Notes: generated by a model from the letters alone, not told the origin. 45,664 bases of DNA from a bacterium (GCA_046757165.1 JBHHXT010000020.1:1-45664), one strand, 5' to 3'. Counted from the stretch's first letter, positions 1-9,573 are shown. Made by a program: numbers and translations.

Positions 1-527
1 GTCACCAGCTCGGGGTACCGCCGGCGGAAACTCTCGGCGATCAAGCAATCCCAGCAAACCGGTTGGTGTACTTCCAGCACCTGCGGAAGCGTCTCGATTG
101 CGATCTCTTGCCACTCGACCAATTCGCCCGCCGGGCTCCTGAGCGCCGGTTTATGGTCGTGCCAGTGGACCGCTCCGAAAGGCTTTGCACAGTAAACACA
201 TGCCTTGTCCTGGTACCAACTCCCGAGAATATTGCGAACCTTGCACGCCTCGGGCGTGTCTTCAAGCTGCGAGAGACACGCCTGCCCGCACTCCTGCCGC
301 TCGGGCCAGCGCGTACACTGGTTCAAGCGCAGCCGCTGTTCCCCCACCATGTAGTTTACCGCAGTGAATTTTCTGTCGACTTTCACTCCGGCGGGTTGTT
401 TCGTCTCCGGGCAGGTCACCAGCATTGGACCGCGGTACTTCAGACTCCCTTTGATGGCCAGCACCAGAAAAAAGACGACGGTGAGCAGGAAAGCTGCTCC
501 GACAATGAGAAGAATGGCGTTTGGCAT
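1..527 (-). CDS. Membrane-anchored Cys-rich hypothetical protein (3' end runs off the window)
   Basis: Hand-translated, not in the ORF track. GGAGG precedes ATG at 527 and the frame is open to base 1: MPNAILLIVGAAFLLTVVFFLVLAIKG (TM) ...VTCPET...CTRWPERQECGQAC...EAC...CVYC...HWHDH...VCWDC...RRRYPELVT. Confidence 0.85.
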   Translation of the reverse strand, partial: MPNAILLIVGAAFLLTVVFFLVLAIKGSLKYRGPMLVTCPETKQPAGVKVDRKFTAVNYMVGEQRLRLNQCTRWPERQECGQACLSQLEDTPEACKVRNILGSWYQDKACVYCAKPFGAVHWHDHKPALRSPAGELVEWQEIAIETLPQVLEVHQPVCWDCLIAESFRRRYPELV

Positions 528-558
528 TTGGTTTCCCTCCTTTCACCACTTCTCGTTA

Positions 559-795
559 CCCACATCTTTCGCTGGACACAGGGGGCTAATATTGCACTCC
601 TAACGGAGTGCTTGTATGTTTGTGGGACGATTTGGCCATAAATATGTCACCGCTACGCGGTTTTGTACGCCCTACACAATGGTCAACGCCGTAGGCGTGA
701 AATGTTTATAGCACCAATGCGACAGCAAAAACAACCTAAGCCCCTTTAGGGGCAAGATGTTAGACAATGCCCCTGTGTTCAGCAATATTTGTGGG
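559..795. repeat. Composite palindromic REP/MITE-like element
   Basis: Outer imperfect inverted arms at 559-586 and 769-795 enclose four related short hairpins (594-611, ~638-662, ~685-709, ~738-761), two in each orientation. Confidence 0.65.
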
Positions 796-882
796 ACAGG
801 ATAAGTTTCACCAGGCGAGCGTAACCCCGTTCGCGCCTGACACGTTATTTTCTAGGACCTTTGAGAAAGCCCGGTTCGCGTC

Positions 883-1755
883 TCATGCGTTGCCAACACG
901 GATGGACAGCACAGGATAGGGGGCAATCCGGATCACCTTTTCGGTGACGCTGCCAAGCAGGACTTTTGACAGCCCGGTGTGTCCATGCGTCGCCATGGCA
1001 ATCAAGTCGATATCCCAATCCTGGGCAAAAGCCAGGATGCCGTAGCCGGCAGAGCCCGCATGATGGTTGATAAATTTCTTCGTCACGATCTGGTCAAACT
1101 CCTGCGGCAGTTGCCATTTCTCCGACAGCTTCTGCTTGAGTTTCTCAAAATACTCGTATTCTTTCGTCTGTCCTTCGGGGTCGAGGCTATGCCCCATCTC
1201 GACAATGTGCAGCAGGCTGATCTCTGCCCCGAGTTTATTCGCCAATGAAGCAACTGTGGGCAGGATGGCATAAGACATTGGCGAAAAATCCACCGGCACC
1301 AGAATGCGCTTGATCGGCAGGCCGTTAGGCTTCGGATGTACGGTCAACACGGGTCTGTCCGCCAGGCGCGCCACCTTTTCCCCGGTCGCGCCCAGAAACA
1401 AGCGCTCGAAGTTCGAATGTCCTTTTGCGCCCAGAATCACCAGATCGAAGTCCGATTCTTTCGCATACTCGACGATCTCGATATAAGGCGTGCCGGCCCG
1501 GATCACCTTCTTTAGTTTACCGGTCCAATCGTTGGCAAAATCGCTAAACTTGTCCGCCAGGTCCTCTTCCCGTTGCAAGCCATAAGTGGGAAAGTCCGGC
1601 ATCAACGCCGAGTATGCCTCTGTTATGTTTGGCGAGACATGCAACAGAACAAGCTCGGAAGAAAAAATCTCTGCAAATGCCCGGGCATATTGCAACGCAT
1701 GCCGCGAGGCATCGGAAAAATCAACCGGGCAAAGTATTTTTGTGAAAAGGGCCAT
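883..1755 (-). CDS. Universal stress protein, tandem UspA domains
   Basis: Two domains: KILCPVDFS...DLVILGAKG...FLGATGEKVARLADRPVL and RILVPVDFS...DLIAMATHG...LLGSVTEKVIRIAPYPVL. Confidence 0.95.
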   Translation of the reverse strand: MALFTKILCPVDFSDASRHALQYARAFAEIFSSELVLLHVSPNITEAYSALMPDFPTYGLQREEDLADKFSDFANDWTGKLKKVIRAGTPYIEIVEYAKESDFDLVILGAKGHSNFERLFLGATGEKVARLADRPVLTVHPKPNGLPIKRILVPVDFSPMSYAILPTVASLANKLGAEISLLHIVEMGHSLDPEGQTKEYEYFEKLKQKLSEKWQLPQEFDQIVTKKFINHHAGSAGYGILAFAQDWDIDLIAMATHGHTGLSKVLLGSVTEKVIRIAPYPVLSIRVGNA

Positions 1756-1922
1756 CGGTGAATCCTCTTTCTCTCAACCGACGTGAGAGGTGTGACTGTC
1801 GGGGCAAGAAAATGGCTAAATGACGCGAAGCGAATGACAATACGCGTCATTAACCCTGGTTTGGACCACGACGAAGCAGGTCAATTAAACGTTTGCGGCT
1901 GCGCCGCACCAGAGTTAGGTCA

Positions 1923-1938
1923 AGCAAGCAACATGCCA
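1923..1938 (-). promoter_or_regulatory. Sigma-54 (-24/-12) promoter upstream of the USP gene
   Basis: Minus strand reads TGGCATG-TTGC-TTGCT, matching TGGCAYG-N4-TTGCW, about 170 bp upstream of the USP start. Confidence 0.8.
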
Positions 1939-1966
1939 GAGAAGATGATCGAAGTTGGATATTAAA

Positions 1967-1979
1967 AATCAACAACTTA
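1967..1979 (+). promoter_or_regulatory. IHF binding site
   Basis: AATCAA-CAAC-TTA matches WATCAA-N4-TTR exactly and lies between the sigma-54 promoter and the candidate enhancer sites. Confidence 0.65.
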
Positions 1980-2011
1980 GCCGCGATGTTTCCGTGAAAG
2001 CTGCTGAAGGT

Positions 2012-2058
2012 CTCTCAATTGCGGGAAATTGTCCGGGGCTGATTCTTGCCTTTGGGAA
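2012..2058. promoter_or_regulatory. Candidate tandem enhancer (UAS) sites for the USP promoter
   Basis: CTCTCA-ATTG-CGGGAA (2012-2027) and TTCTTG-CCTT-TGGGAA (2043-2058) are degenerate versions of the palindromes at 9253 and 9459. Confidence 0.5.
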
Positions 2059-2110
2059 GGAATTCTGCGCACTCCCGCGAACCGACCTCTCGTCACGAAC
2101 ACGTCACTCT

Positions 2111-2863
2111 TCAGAATACGTCTATCTGCAACCCAGTCGCCTCTTGAGCCCGCCGGGCGATTTGCATGAGTCTGGCGCGCTCGACCGTGTGCAGTGCATT
2201 GTCTGCCGCAACCCGGTCGAGGCTGTAGATTTGTACCCAGAGCGGAGCAATTTCCCGCAGGGCGTCAATCCAGGTATCCACCTGGGCCTCCGTGCTGTTG
2301 TCCACCCGGCCGGCCACAAACATGCTCTGAATGACCACCCGGTCAAGAGATTTGATGCCGGCGAGGATATCGGAGAATCGCACCGGGGGCACCCCGTGGT
2401 TCATCCTCTTGAAGGCAGCTTCATTGCCGACATCCAACTTCATCATGGGCAGGTCGATTCTGGCAAATGTCTTTCGCAGTTGCGGGTCCGGGGTGGTTGT
2501 TCCGTTGGACAGCAGGGCGAGTTTAAAGTCGAGACGCAACGTGGCTCTCATCTTCAAAACCCTATTCACAATGGTTTCAAAATCCGGGTGCAGCGTCGGC
2601 TCCCCATTCCCCGAAAAGGTCAGGTAGTCGAATGTCAGCCCCGATTTCAGCACCTCCCCAATCGCAAGCTCGATTTCCCGCAGAGGAGGAAGACCATCTT
2701 TGGCGTCCGGCGTGTTTGTCCATCTCGACGTCCAACCATATTGACAGTAGCAACAATTCATCGAGCACAATTTGGCGGTTAACGGAAGCAGGTTGACGCC
2801 CAGGGAGCGGCCTAACCTGCGGGACTGAACCGGGCCATAGATGATCTTCTTCTGTAACTGCAT
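2111..2863 (-). CDS. Radical SAM Fe-S oxidoreductase (TYW1-like/COG0731-type)
   Basis: IYGPVQSRRLGRSLGVNLLP, CSMNCCYC (CxxxCxxC) and TFSGNGEPTLHP. Start placed at ATG 2863 because the 3184 start overlaps the upstream gene. Confidence 0.9.
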   Translation of the reverse strand: MQLQKKIIYGPVQSRRLGRSLGVNLLPLTAKLCSMNCCYCQYGWTSRWTNTPDAKDGLPPLREIELAIGEVLKSGLTFDYLTFSGNGEPTLHPDFETIVNRVLKMRATLRLDFKLALLSNGTTTPDPQLRKTFARIDLPMMKLDVGNEAAFKRMNHGVPPVRFSDILAGIKSLDRVVIQSMFVAGRVDNSTEAQVDTWIDALREIAPLWVQIYSLDRVAADNALHTVERARLMQIARRAQEATGLQIDVF

Positions 2864-3021
2864 CGCTTCGAGCTTATCCTGCTTTGGTTTTGCACCACAC
2901 TCTTGTACTGTTGTATTTTTGATTGGGTTCAGAGATTCTCTCCGGCCACCCGGTAGGTGAATCAGAGTTGTCAGTTTAAGCAAACCGCCGGTTATCGTCA
3001 AGTCCTTTCGGGAGATTTTCC

Positions 3022-4110
3022 TTATTTCGTCAACACCAACTTCCGGACTGCCACAAAATGCAGAGCCTGGAAGCGGTAGATGTAAATCCCGCTCGCCACC
3101 CGGGCTCCACTGGCATCCCTGCCGTCCCAAACGGCGTTGTGACGACCACCGCTCCTTGGCCCGGCTACCAGCGTCTGCACCCATTGCCCGCGTAGATTGA
3201 AAATCGCAAGACTGACCTCGCTGACCTCGGGCAGCGCGAAACCAATCGTGGTGCTCGGGTTGAACGGATTCGGAAAATTGGGATAGAGAGCAAAGCTGCC
3301 GGGCCTCGAGTCAACAGGGCGCTGCACCGAAACCGCCACTGATGGACCAATAGCGAGTCCCGAAACTGCCAGAACGCCAATGGGCCCAACGACGCTGCCC
3401 TCAGCCGTCGTTTTGTTAATTGCAATGAGAAAATTGTCGTTTTGCCCCCCACCCTTGCAGCCAAACATGTTGCCGTCATCGTCGAAGACAATGTCAGGCG
3501 TGGCTGCGCTGTCGACGTTGGTCAACCCAATCAGCGTCGCCGCAGCGGTGACCGGATCGACGGAGTAGATCTCATCTTCAGCCAACCCGCCGCCCGAAAG
3601 GTAGAGCCTGCCGTCCGTCGGGTCAAACGCCAGACCGGCGGCGCCAAACACCCCGGTGTCTCCTACCAGGGTCACCTGCGCAGTCGTGGTGTCGATGGTG
3701 TACAAGTCGCCGTCATTTGCCACACCGAACAAACCATCGTTGGCATCAAAGGCGATGCCCTCGATGGTTGTGATGCCGGTGCTGCCCAGCGTCACCGCCG
3801 AACCATCAGCGGCGTCAATGAGGATGAGTTCGGACGGATTGCCCTGCTTATCGACCGTCGTACCGTAAATGGAACCGGTCGAATTGATGGCCAGACCGGG
3901 CACGCCATCTTTGCCGGTGGCGCCCACCACCGTTCCTTCGCCGGTCTCGAGATCGATGGTCAGCAGACTGCCGGCGGCAGGCCCTCGTTTGCCGGTCGAG
4001 GCGTAGCAAGTGCCAGCGCTTGCCTTCGCTGGCGCGTTTCCTTTTTCGGTGCCAAGTGCAGTGGTCGAGATGACTAGCAGGACTGCACTAATTCGAATAA
4101 CCGCATTCAA
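3022..4110 (-). CDS. Secreted beta-propeller-repeat protein with FlgD-Ig/T9SS-type C-terminal domain
   Basis: Repeats of type LxTIDxxTGxxTxVGxTG...GLAF, then NFPNPFNPSTTI...WDGRD...ASGIYIY. Probable TTG start at 4110 after GAGG gives a signal-like N-terminus; the ORF extends to 4197. Confidence 0.85.
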   Translation of the reverse strand: MNAVIRISAVLLVISTTALGTEKGNAPAKASAGTCYASTGKRGPAAGSLLTIDLETGEGTVVGATGKDGVPGLAINSTGSIYGTTVDKQGNPSELILIDAADGSAVTLGSTGITTIEGIAFDANDGLFGVANDGDLYTIDTTTAQVTLVGDTGVFGAAGLAFDPTDGRLYLSGGGLAEDEIYSVDPVTAAATLIGLTNVDSAATPDIVFDDDGNMFGCKGGGQNDNFLIAINKTTAEGSVVGPIGVLAVSGLAIGPSVAVSVQRPVDSRPGSFALYPNFPNPFNPSTTIGFALPEVSEVSLAIFNLRGQWVQTLVAGPRSGGRHNAVWDGRDASGARVASGIYIYRFQALHFVAVRKLVLTK

Positions 4111-4233
4111 GACAACCTCGCCGTTTGAGTTTTCACCTGAGGGGCGTTTCCGCCCATTGACAGGGCCAAAAATACAAATTGCCACGCACTTTTTCAAGTA
4201 CGCGGCAATGGATTCGCAAACAATTTGATTCTC

Positions 4234-7200
4234 CTATTTCGTCAACAACAACTTCCTTGTCGCCACAAACTCCTGGGCCTGCAAACGATAGAGGTAAACA
4301 CCGCTCGCCACCTGCAAGCCGCTCTTGTCCCGGCCATCCCAGATGACTTTGTGACGGCCTGCCGCAACCGGCTGTGAAACCAAAGTCCGCACCAACTGCC
4401 CGCGAATATTGTAAATCACAAGCTTCACCTTGCTGGCCTCGGGCAGAGCAAAGCGAATGGTCGTGCTCGGGTTGAACGGATTGGGATAATTGCCCTCCAG
4501 GGCAAATTCTGTTGGCAGCGCCTCACCCGAATCGGTGGACAAGGTCAAGAGCCCCATGTCCTCCAGGCCCCTGGCGGGAGCCGGCGGCAAGCTCGTTCCT
4601 GCGCTGTGGTGGAAAAAGTAGCCGCCGCTCCGTGTCCGAATCTGGCGGGCACAAACCGAGCCACGGAAGCGGATATTCTTTGAAAAAGAAACCTGCGCGT
4701 TTGGAGCAACGATGGTTCCAAAGAAGACCACATTCGAGCCAAACTTCATCTTGCTCCTGCTCAGGTAGTTCAAAGTCACCTGGTCAGAGCTCCTGTCACC
4801 GTCTGGCAGCAGCTCCATCTTGCCGTTGTTGCGGAATTTGAACAGCTTGACCACATTCATGGTTACCGGGCCGGTGCGCGCGTCAATCTCGAGCGTGCAG
4901 TTTTTGTTGAACTCCAGGCGTTCGAAGAAGTACTCACCGGTGGCGCCGGTGTGTGCCAGCTCCAGGGTTGCGCCTTTGCTCAACCTGACGGCGCCGTAGG
5001 TGCCCGGCGGCAGAAACAGCGTCTTGTTTTTCCTGACCTTGCGGTTGTCTTTGTTGGCGGTGAACGGCGCTAACGTAAATGGCACGGGAACGATGGCAGC
5101 GTTTTCATCGGTCGTGCCCGTGATCTCGACATTGCTGCTGAGACGAATGTCCGTGGCTGACAGCACGTCGCCCTCGATGCGCGTGTGTTTGCGGATTTTG
5201 ATTTTCCCGACCGCCGTCACATTTCCGATGTGGTCAGTTTCTCCCGCGTTGCCTTTGTTGAATTCGAGCGGACCGTTGGAGTGCATGTCCCCTTCGCTGA
5301 AATGGCGACCTCGTTTAAGGGCTTTGGTGGCCAGGAAAAGTAGATTTGTGATGTGGTCCGGAGCGCCTATGCATTTGGAGAATTCGGAGGTATTGTCGTC
5401 AGGGTCTGTGGCCGTGGCTGTGAGAAACGTTCCGGCGGCAAACGGTTTTGCCAGAACAGCAGTGAAGCTTGCGTCGCCGGAACCGTCTGTTGTTACGGTG
5501 GTAGCGCCGAGAAAGGTTTCACCTTCGCCGTGGTCCGAATCATCGCAGACGGTGTTTGAAAAAAACTCGAGTCTGAATACCGTGTTCGAGAGGCTGTTGA
5601 GGGTGCCTTCAATAACAACACCGTTAGCAGCCGCGGAGGTGAGGACTGGGAAATTTTGCAGGTTGTTCGGGCCGGTGTCGCCGTCGCCGGGGTCGTTTGC
5701 ACTCACGCCGTCTGCCGCGTTTGCGGGTCCCAGGTCGATTCCAAGACCCTCATTCGAAAAAATGGAGTTACGGGAAATACGGTTCTGAGCGGACCCGGCT
5801 ATCAGCAGGAGACCAGGAGATTCATTGAAGGCGATAACGTTGCCAGCCCTTTTTTGTTGGCCGCCAATCAAGTTTCCATTCACCGCCGGAACGCCTATGC
5901 CCTCTCTGACATTACCAAGGTGTTTCTTACCTTTAGCATCCGTACCAATGTAATTTCCTTGCACAATATTATTATTGGAACCAAGAAAGATTCCAAAACG
6001 TCCATTTGCGGAAATGATGTTGCCGGCCCGCTTCTTGGTACCGCCAACAGTGGTGTTATCAGCCAGGTTGATTACCAGACCATTTCTCTTATTCCCTAGC
6101 GCCTTCGTGCCCTTAACATCTACACCAATATGATTACCCTGAAGAACGTTCCCTGTCGCGCCACTGCCCCCTATCACGACTCCATTACCTGTACTGCCCA
6201 TACCATTGCCAGAAATAACGTTGCCAGCACCTTTCTTCGTCCCTCCGATTGTGTTGTTGGGTGAATCGATCACGCGTATGCCCCCGCCTTCATTAGCCAG
6301 AGCTTTATTACCCTTCGCATCCGTGCCAATGAAATTGCCTTGCACTAGGTTGCCGGCGGTACCGCTACCACCAATAGAGACACCTACCCCATCGTTGCCA
6401 GAGATTATATTGCGCGCCCCCGCAGTTGTCCCACCGATCGTGTTGTTGGAGCCGTTAATGCCGACACCGGTACCGCTATTACCCAGATCAGCAGTGCCAT
6501 TGACGTCGGTCCCGATATAATTACCCTGCACCAGATTGTTGCTGGCACCGCTACCGAAAAAACCGACACCTGTCTCTGTATTCCCTGAGATAATATTACG
6601 CGCTCCTGCTGTCGTTCCACCAATAATATTGTTTTGGGTTTCTTCGAGAGACACACCAATGCCATTGCCTATAGCGACAGTACCGGTGATGTCTGTGCCG
6701 ATATTGTTTCCCAGCACCTGATTGCCGGTTGAGTTAGTACCGAAGATATGAACGCCCCTGGAATTCCCGGAAATTACATTGCCTGCTTCTGCTGTTGTTC
6801 CGCCGACAATGTTGTTGGAAGCGCCCTGTTCAATTTGAACACCGAAACCACCATTGCCCAGAGCAGAGGTGCCAGTCACATCAGTGCCGATGAAGTTGCC
6901 CTGAACGATGTTTCCCGTACTATTGTTGAAGATCCCAATGCCTGTTCCATCATTGCCGGAAATAACATTGAGCGCCCCGGTAGTCGTCCCACCGATGGTG
7001 TTGTTGGAGCCGTTAATGCTGACCCCCCCGCTATTACCCAGGTCAGCGGTGCCAGTAACGTCGGTGCCGATAAAGTTGCCTTGCACGAAATTGCCGCTGG
7101 CGCCGCCACCGAAGAAACCAACGCCCGATCCTCCATTACCTGAGATGATATTGCGGGCCCCTGAAGCAGTTCCGCCAACAGTGTTACCAGGAGCTTCTTC

Positions 7201-7974
7201 GATAGACACGCCGACGTCGCCGTTACCCAGGGCAGCCGTGCCATTGACATTTGTGCCTACAAAGTTGCCCAGCACCTGGTTGCCGGTTGCATTAGCACCA
7301 AAGATATGAATCCCGCGAAAGATATTGCCTGACAGGAGATTACGCGCTGCAACTGCGGTCCCACCGATGATGTTATTGGGAACTTGACTAATACCCACAC
7401 CAAAAGGTGTGTTCCCCAGGCTGACTGTACCTGTGACGTCGGTGCCGATAAAGTTACACTCGACCAAGTTGCCGCCGTTCGTACTGATGTCGATGCCATT
7501 GCCGTCGAAGCTATGGATCACCAAGCCCCGCACGGTACTGTTGCCGGCGGAAATACTCAAACCACTTGTGTTGCCTGCGTTTGTGCCATCTAATTCTATC
7601 AACAGTGTCGGCGGCCAGCTATCACAGCTCGCGCCTGTCTGAGTTAGGCCGTCGATAACCACCGGGTCGGTTATGGTGGGTAGTCCGGATTGCGGTGAAA
7701 TTGTGTGCGGCCCTGCGCCAGGGATGTCGAATGCGATCGTATCGGTGCCAGAGTTGGCATTGGCGTCAAGAATCGCCTGCCGCAATGATCCCGCGCCACT
7801 ATCGCTGGTGTTGGTGACCGTGAAGGTGCCAGCGTATGTCACATCCAGGACTGCCCGCAACATCAGTGCGGCCAGAGTACAAGTCAGCCCGGTCGATGGA
7901 ATCAGGGCGCCTTTGAGAAACGCAAGAATACTGACATTCAGCATCTTCTTCATACTTGTAAGTGCTCGTTTCAT
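4234..7974 (-). CDS. Large secreted right-handed beta-helix repeat protein with basic C-terminal domain and T9SS-type tail
   Basis: GGAGG precedes ATG 7974. FTVTNTSDSGAGSLRQAI cap, nine GNxIGTDxxGxxxLGN...GG...N(I/V)ISGN repeats, DPGDGDTGPNNLQNFP...TSEFS module, NYPNPFNPSTTI tail. Confidence 0.9.
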   Translation of the reverse strand: MKRALTSMKKMLNVSILAFLKGALIPSTGLTCTLAALMLRAVLDVTYAGTFTVTNTSDSGAGSLRQAILDANANSGTDTIAFDIPGAGPHTISPQSGLPTITDPVVIDGLTQTGASCDSWPPTLLIELDGTNAGNTSGLSISAGNSTVRGLVIHSFDGNGIDISTNGGNLVECNFIGTDVTGTVSLGNTPFGVGISQVPNNIIGGTAVAARNLLSGNIFRGIHIFGANATGNQVLGNFVGTNVNGTAALGNGDVGVSIEEAPGNTVGGTASGARNIISGNGGSGVGFFGGGASGNFVQGNFIGTDVTGTADLGNSGGVSINGSNNTIGGTTTGALNVISGNDGTGIGIFNNSTGNIVQGNFIGTDVTGTSALGNGGFGVQIEQGASNNIVGGTTAEAGNVISGNSRGVHIFGTNSTGNQVLGNNIGTDITGTVAIGNGIGVSLEETQNNIIGGTTAGARNIISGNTETGVGFFGSGASNNLVQGNYIGTDVNGTADLGNSGTGVGINGSNNTIGGTTAGARNIISGNDGVGVSIGGSGTAGNLVQGNFIGTDAKGNKALANEGGGIRVIDSPNNTIGGTKKGAGNVISGNGMGSTGNGVVIGGSGATGNVLQGNHIGVDVKGTKALGNKRNGLVINLADNTTVGGTKKRAGNIISANGRFGIFLGSNNNIVQGNYIGTDAKGKKHLGNVREGIGVPAVNGNLIGGQQKRAGNVIAFNESPGLLLIAGSAQNRISRNSIFSNEGLGIDLGPANAADGVSANDPGDGDTGPNNLQNFPVLTSAAANGVVIEGTLNSLSNTVFRLEFFSNTVCDDSDHGEGETFLGATTVTTDGSGDASFTAVLAKPFAAGTFLTATATDPDDNTSEFSKCIGAPDHITNLLFLATKALKRGRHFSEGDMHSNGPLEFNKGNAGETDHIGNVTAVGKIKIRKHTRIEGDVLSATDIRLSSNVEITGTTDENAAIVPVPFTLAPFTANKDNRKVRKNKTLFLPPGTYGAVRLSKGATLELAHTGATGEYFFERLEFNKNCTLEIDARTGPVTMNVVKLFKFRNNGKMELLPDGDRSSDQVTLNYLSRSKMKFGSNVVFFGTIVAPNAQVSFSKNIRFRGSVCARQIRTRSGGYFFHHSAGTSLPPAPARGLEDMGLLTLSTDSGEALPTEFALEGNYPNPFNPSTTIRFALPEASKVKLVIYNIRGQLVRTLVSQPVAAGRHKVIWDGRDKSGLQVASGVYLYRLQAQEFVATRKLLLTK

Positions 7975-8550
7975 CTCTTGACCTCCGTGGTTGATGTGAG
8001 CGTTGTGCGTCGCGGCCCGAATGAGCCATGGCTCCCAAGGAAATCTTGCCATCCCTGGTCGAGGCCTTGAACAAGCGCTCACAACTCTACTAAAATCTAT
8101 GAAAAGACAGCGGCGAAAATAAGATTTGCCGCAGGTCTATTCCGGTCGCCAGGGTAACGTTACCCTCAGCGGAAAATGAGTTCGATTTGATGAAAAGACT
8201 CGAGACGAAGCGAAAATCTTAGATCTATCCTGGTCAGATGAGCATTCTGTGTCGCAGCGGCGCGGCGAACAAACACTCCTACGCCGAGCGTGCGAGCGAG
8301 TGTTCAGCGTTTTCTCGTGAGAATTGGGCGTGGATTCGACTGTCTCCTGCGCGAGCCTCCGTTGCCGCGCCAAATCGACTGGTCATCCTTAACCGTGGAG
8401 AGTGAGAGGCGACTGGGTTGCGATCGTTGTCCGTTATCAAGAGCCCAATTCAGTATCGCAACTTCCCCCTTTGTTTCATTTGGCAATGAACTCTGGGATC
8501 AATCACGTAGTACGCGCAACCCGGGCAGGTTGCGTAGAGGAATCTGGATT

Positions 8551-8570
8551 TGATTAACAATAATTAATCA
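8551..8570. promoter_or_regulatory. Operator-like palindrome
   Basis: TGATTAA-CAATAA-TTAATCA, perfect 7-bp arms, in the intergenic region upstream of the beta-helix gene. Confidence 0.35.
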
Positions 8571-8707
8571 TAGTCAGCGTTCGTTCACATTGTGGCAGAT
8601 TATGTGGGAAAGCCAGCGCGAGCAAAAATCCATTGAAGAAGCGCCAAATTATGTAGATACTGGCTGCGCATCCGTGACCCGGTACTTCAAACGGTGTGCG
8701 GGTTCAC

Positions 8708-9088
8708 TCAAGCTCTTAGAGCCAGATTTGCATACGTCAGGATTTTTTTCATCTTGACCGGTTTGTTCAGAAAAGCAAACGCGCCCGCCATCATGGCCTC
8801 TTCATAAGTTCTCGACTCACCGTCGACCGTGATGATGATCACCTTCGATTGCGGTGATTCTTTGTGGATTTCCTTCAACAACGTCAAGCCAGAGATGCCG
8901 GGCATGTGGATATCAGAAAGAATAAGCGGGTAGGACTCATGCGACAACATCTGCCGGGCTTGCAGACCACTGGAGGCGATACTGACCTCGTAGCCGGCTT
9001 TCTTCAGAATCTTACTCAACGACCGTCTGAATTCTGAGTCATCGTCGACGATCAATACGCGCTTCGCTTTGAATTCCTGGTTGTCCAC
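8708..9088 (-). CDS. Single-domain response regulator (receiver only)
   Basis: VLIVDDD, phospho-acceptor ILSDIHMPGISG, FLNKP; 126 aa, GTG start, no output domain. Confidence 0.93.
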   Translation of the reverse strand: MDNQEFKAKRVLIVDDDSEFRRSLSKILKKAGYEVSIASSGLQARQMLSHESYPLILSDIHMPGISGLTLLKEIHKESPQSKVIIITVDGESRTYEEAMMAGAFAFLNKPVKMKKILTYANLALRA

Positions 9089-9138
9089 CTTTTGTCTCTG
9101 AAAAGCTGCTGGTGAGGGTCTCTCGACTCCGCAAAGAA

Positions 9139-9154
9139 AGAAAAAACCATGCCA
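9139..9154 (-). promoter_or_regulatory. Sigma-54-like promoter (variant -12) for the receiver gene
   Basis: Minus strand reads TGGCATG-GTTT-TTTCT. The -24 element is perfect, but the -12 is TTTC rather than TTGC. Confidence 0.4.
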
Positions 9155-9252
9155 TGGTATGCGCAGGTCGCGCTGTTGGATATAGGAGCACTAAACCTCA
9201 TTTTTATATCCATTTATGTGATGCTTCGAACTGCGTTTTTCACCTGGTGAAA

Positions 9253-9298
9253 TTCTCAGTTTTGAGAAAGATGTTAAGATTCTTCTTTATTGTAGGAA
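9253..9298. promoter_or_regulatory. Palindromic activator site(s)
   Basis: Perfect TTCTCA-GTTT-TGAGAA at 9253-9268 and weak TTCTTT-ATTG-TAGGAA at 9283-9298. Confidence 0.6.
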
Positions 9299-9458
9299 AT
9301 GGGCCGCCTTTTGCCGCAAACCAGGAGGTCACCCCTGAAAATGAGGAGATAGCGCGAGGCTTACAACCACAGCCAGGACTCACCGTCGCCACTGCCCGCA
9401 AAGGGACGGCTTTGCGGCTATTCAAATGGAATTAGCATGGCCCACAAACCGCGCTTGC

Positions 9459-9474
9459 TTCTCACTAGTGAGAA
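9459..9474. promoter_or_regulatory. Palindromic activator site
   Basis: Perfect TTCTCA-CTAG-TGAGAA, followed by a TTCCCA half-site at 9481. Confidence 0.6.
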
Positions 9475-9573
9475 TGCTCATTCCCAAAAGAAATAACTCA
9501 TCGGAGGTCTTTTCCGAGATACTTGTTTGTAAATAAAGAAGATAATACTCATCTCAGAGCAGACGCAACACTT

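Noticed and set aside
63..641. 192-aa plus-strand ORF
   Set aside because: Antisense shadow of the Cys-rich gene on the minus strand, which has the RBS and TM helix.
1955..2782. 275-aa plus-strand ORF
   Set aside because: Antisense to the radical SAM gene, runs over the enhancer region and has no motifs.
2864..3184. N-terminal extension of the radical SAM ORF
   Set aside because: Overlaps the 3' end of the upstream gene; family-like sequence begins at MQLQKKIIYGP.
5830..7460. Repeated DNA suggesting a CRISPR array or DGR template/variable repeats
   Set aside because: Repeats are in-frame, degenerate protein repeats; no constant repeat-spacer pattern and no reverse transcriptase in the window.
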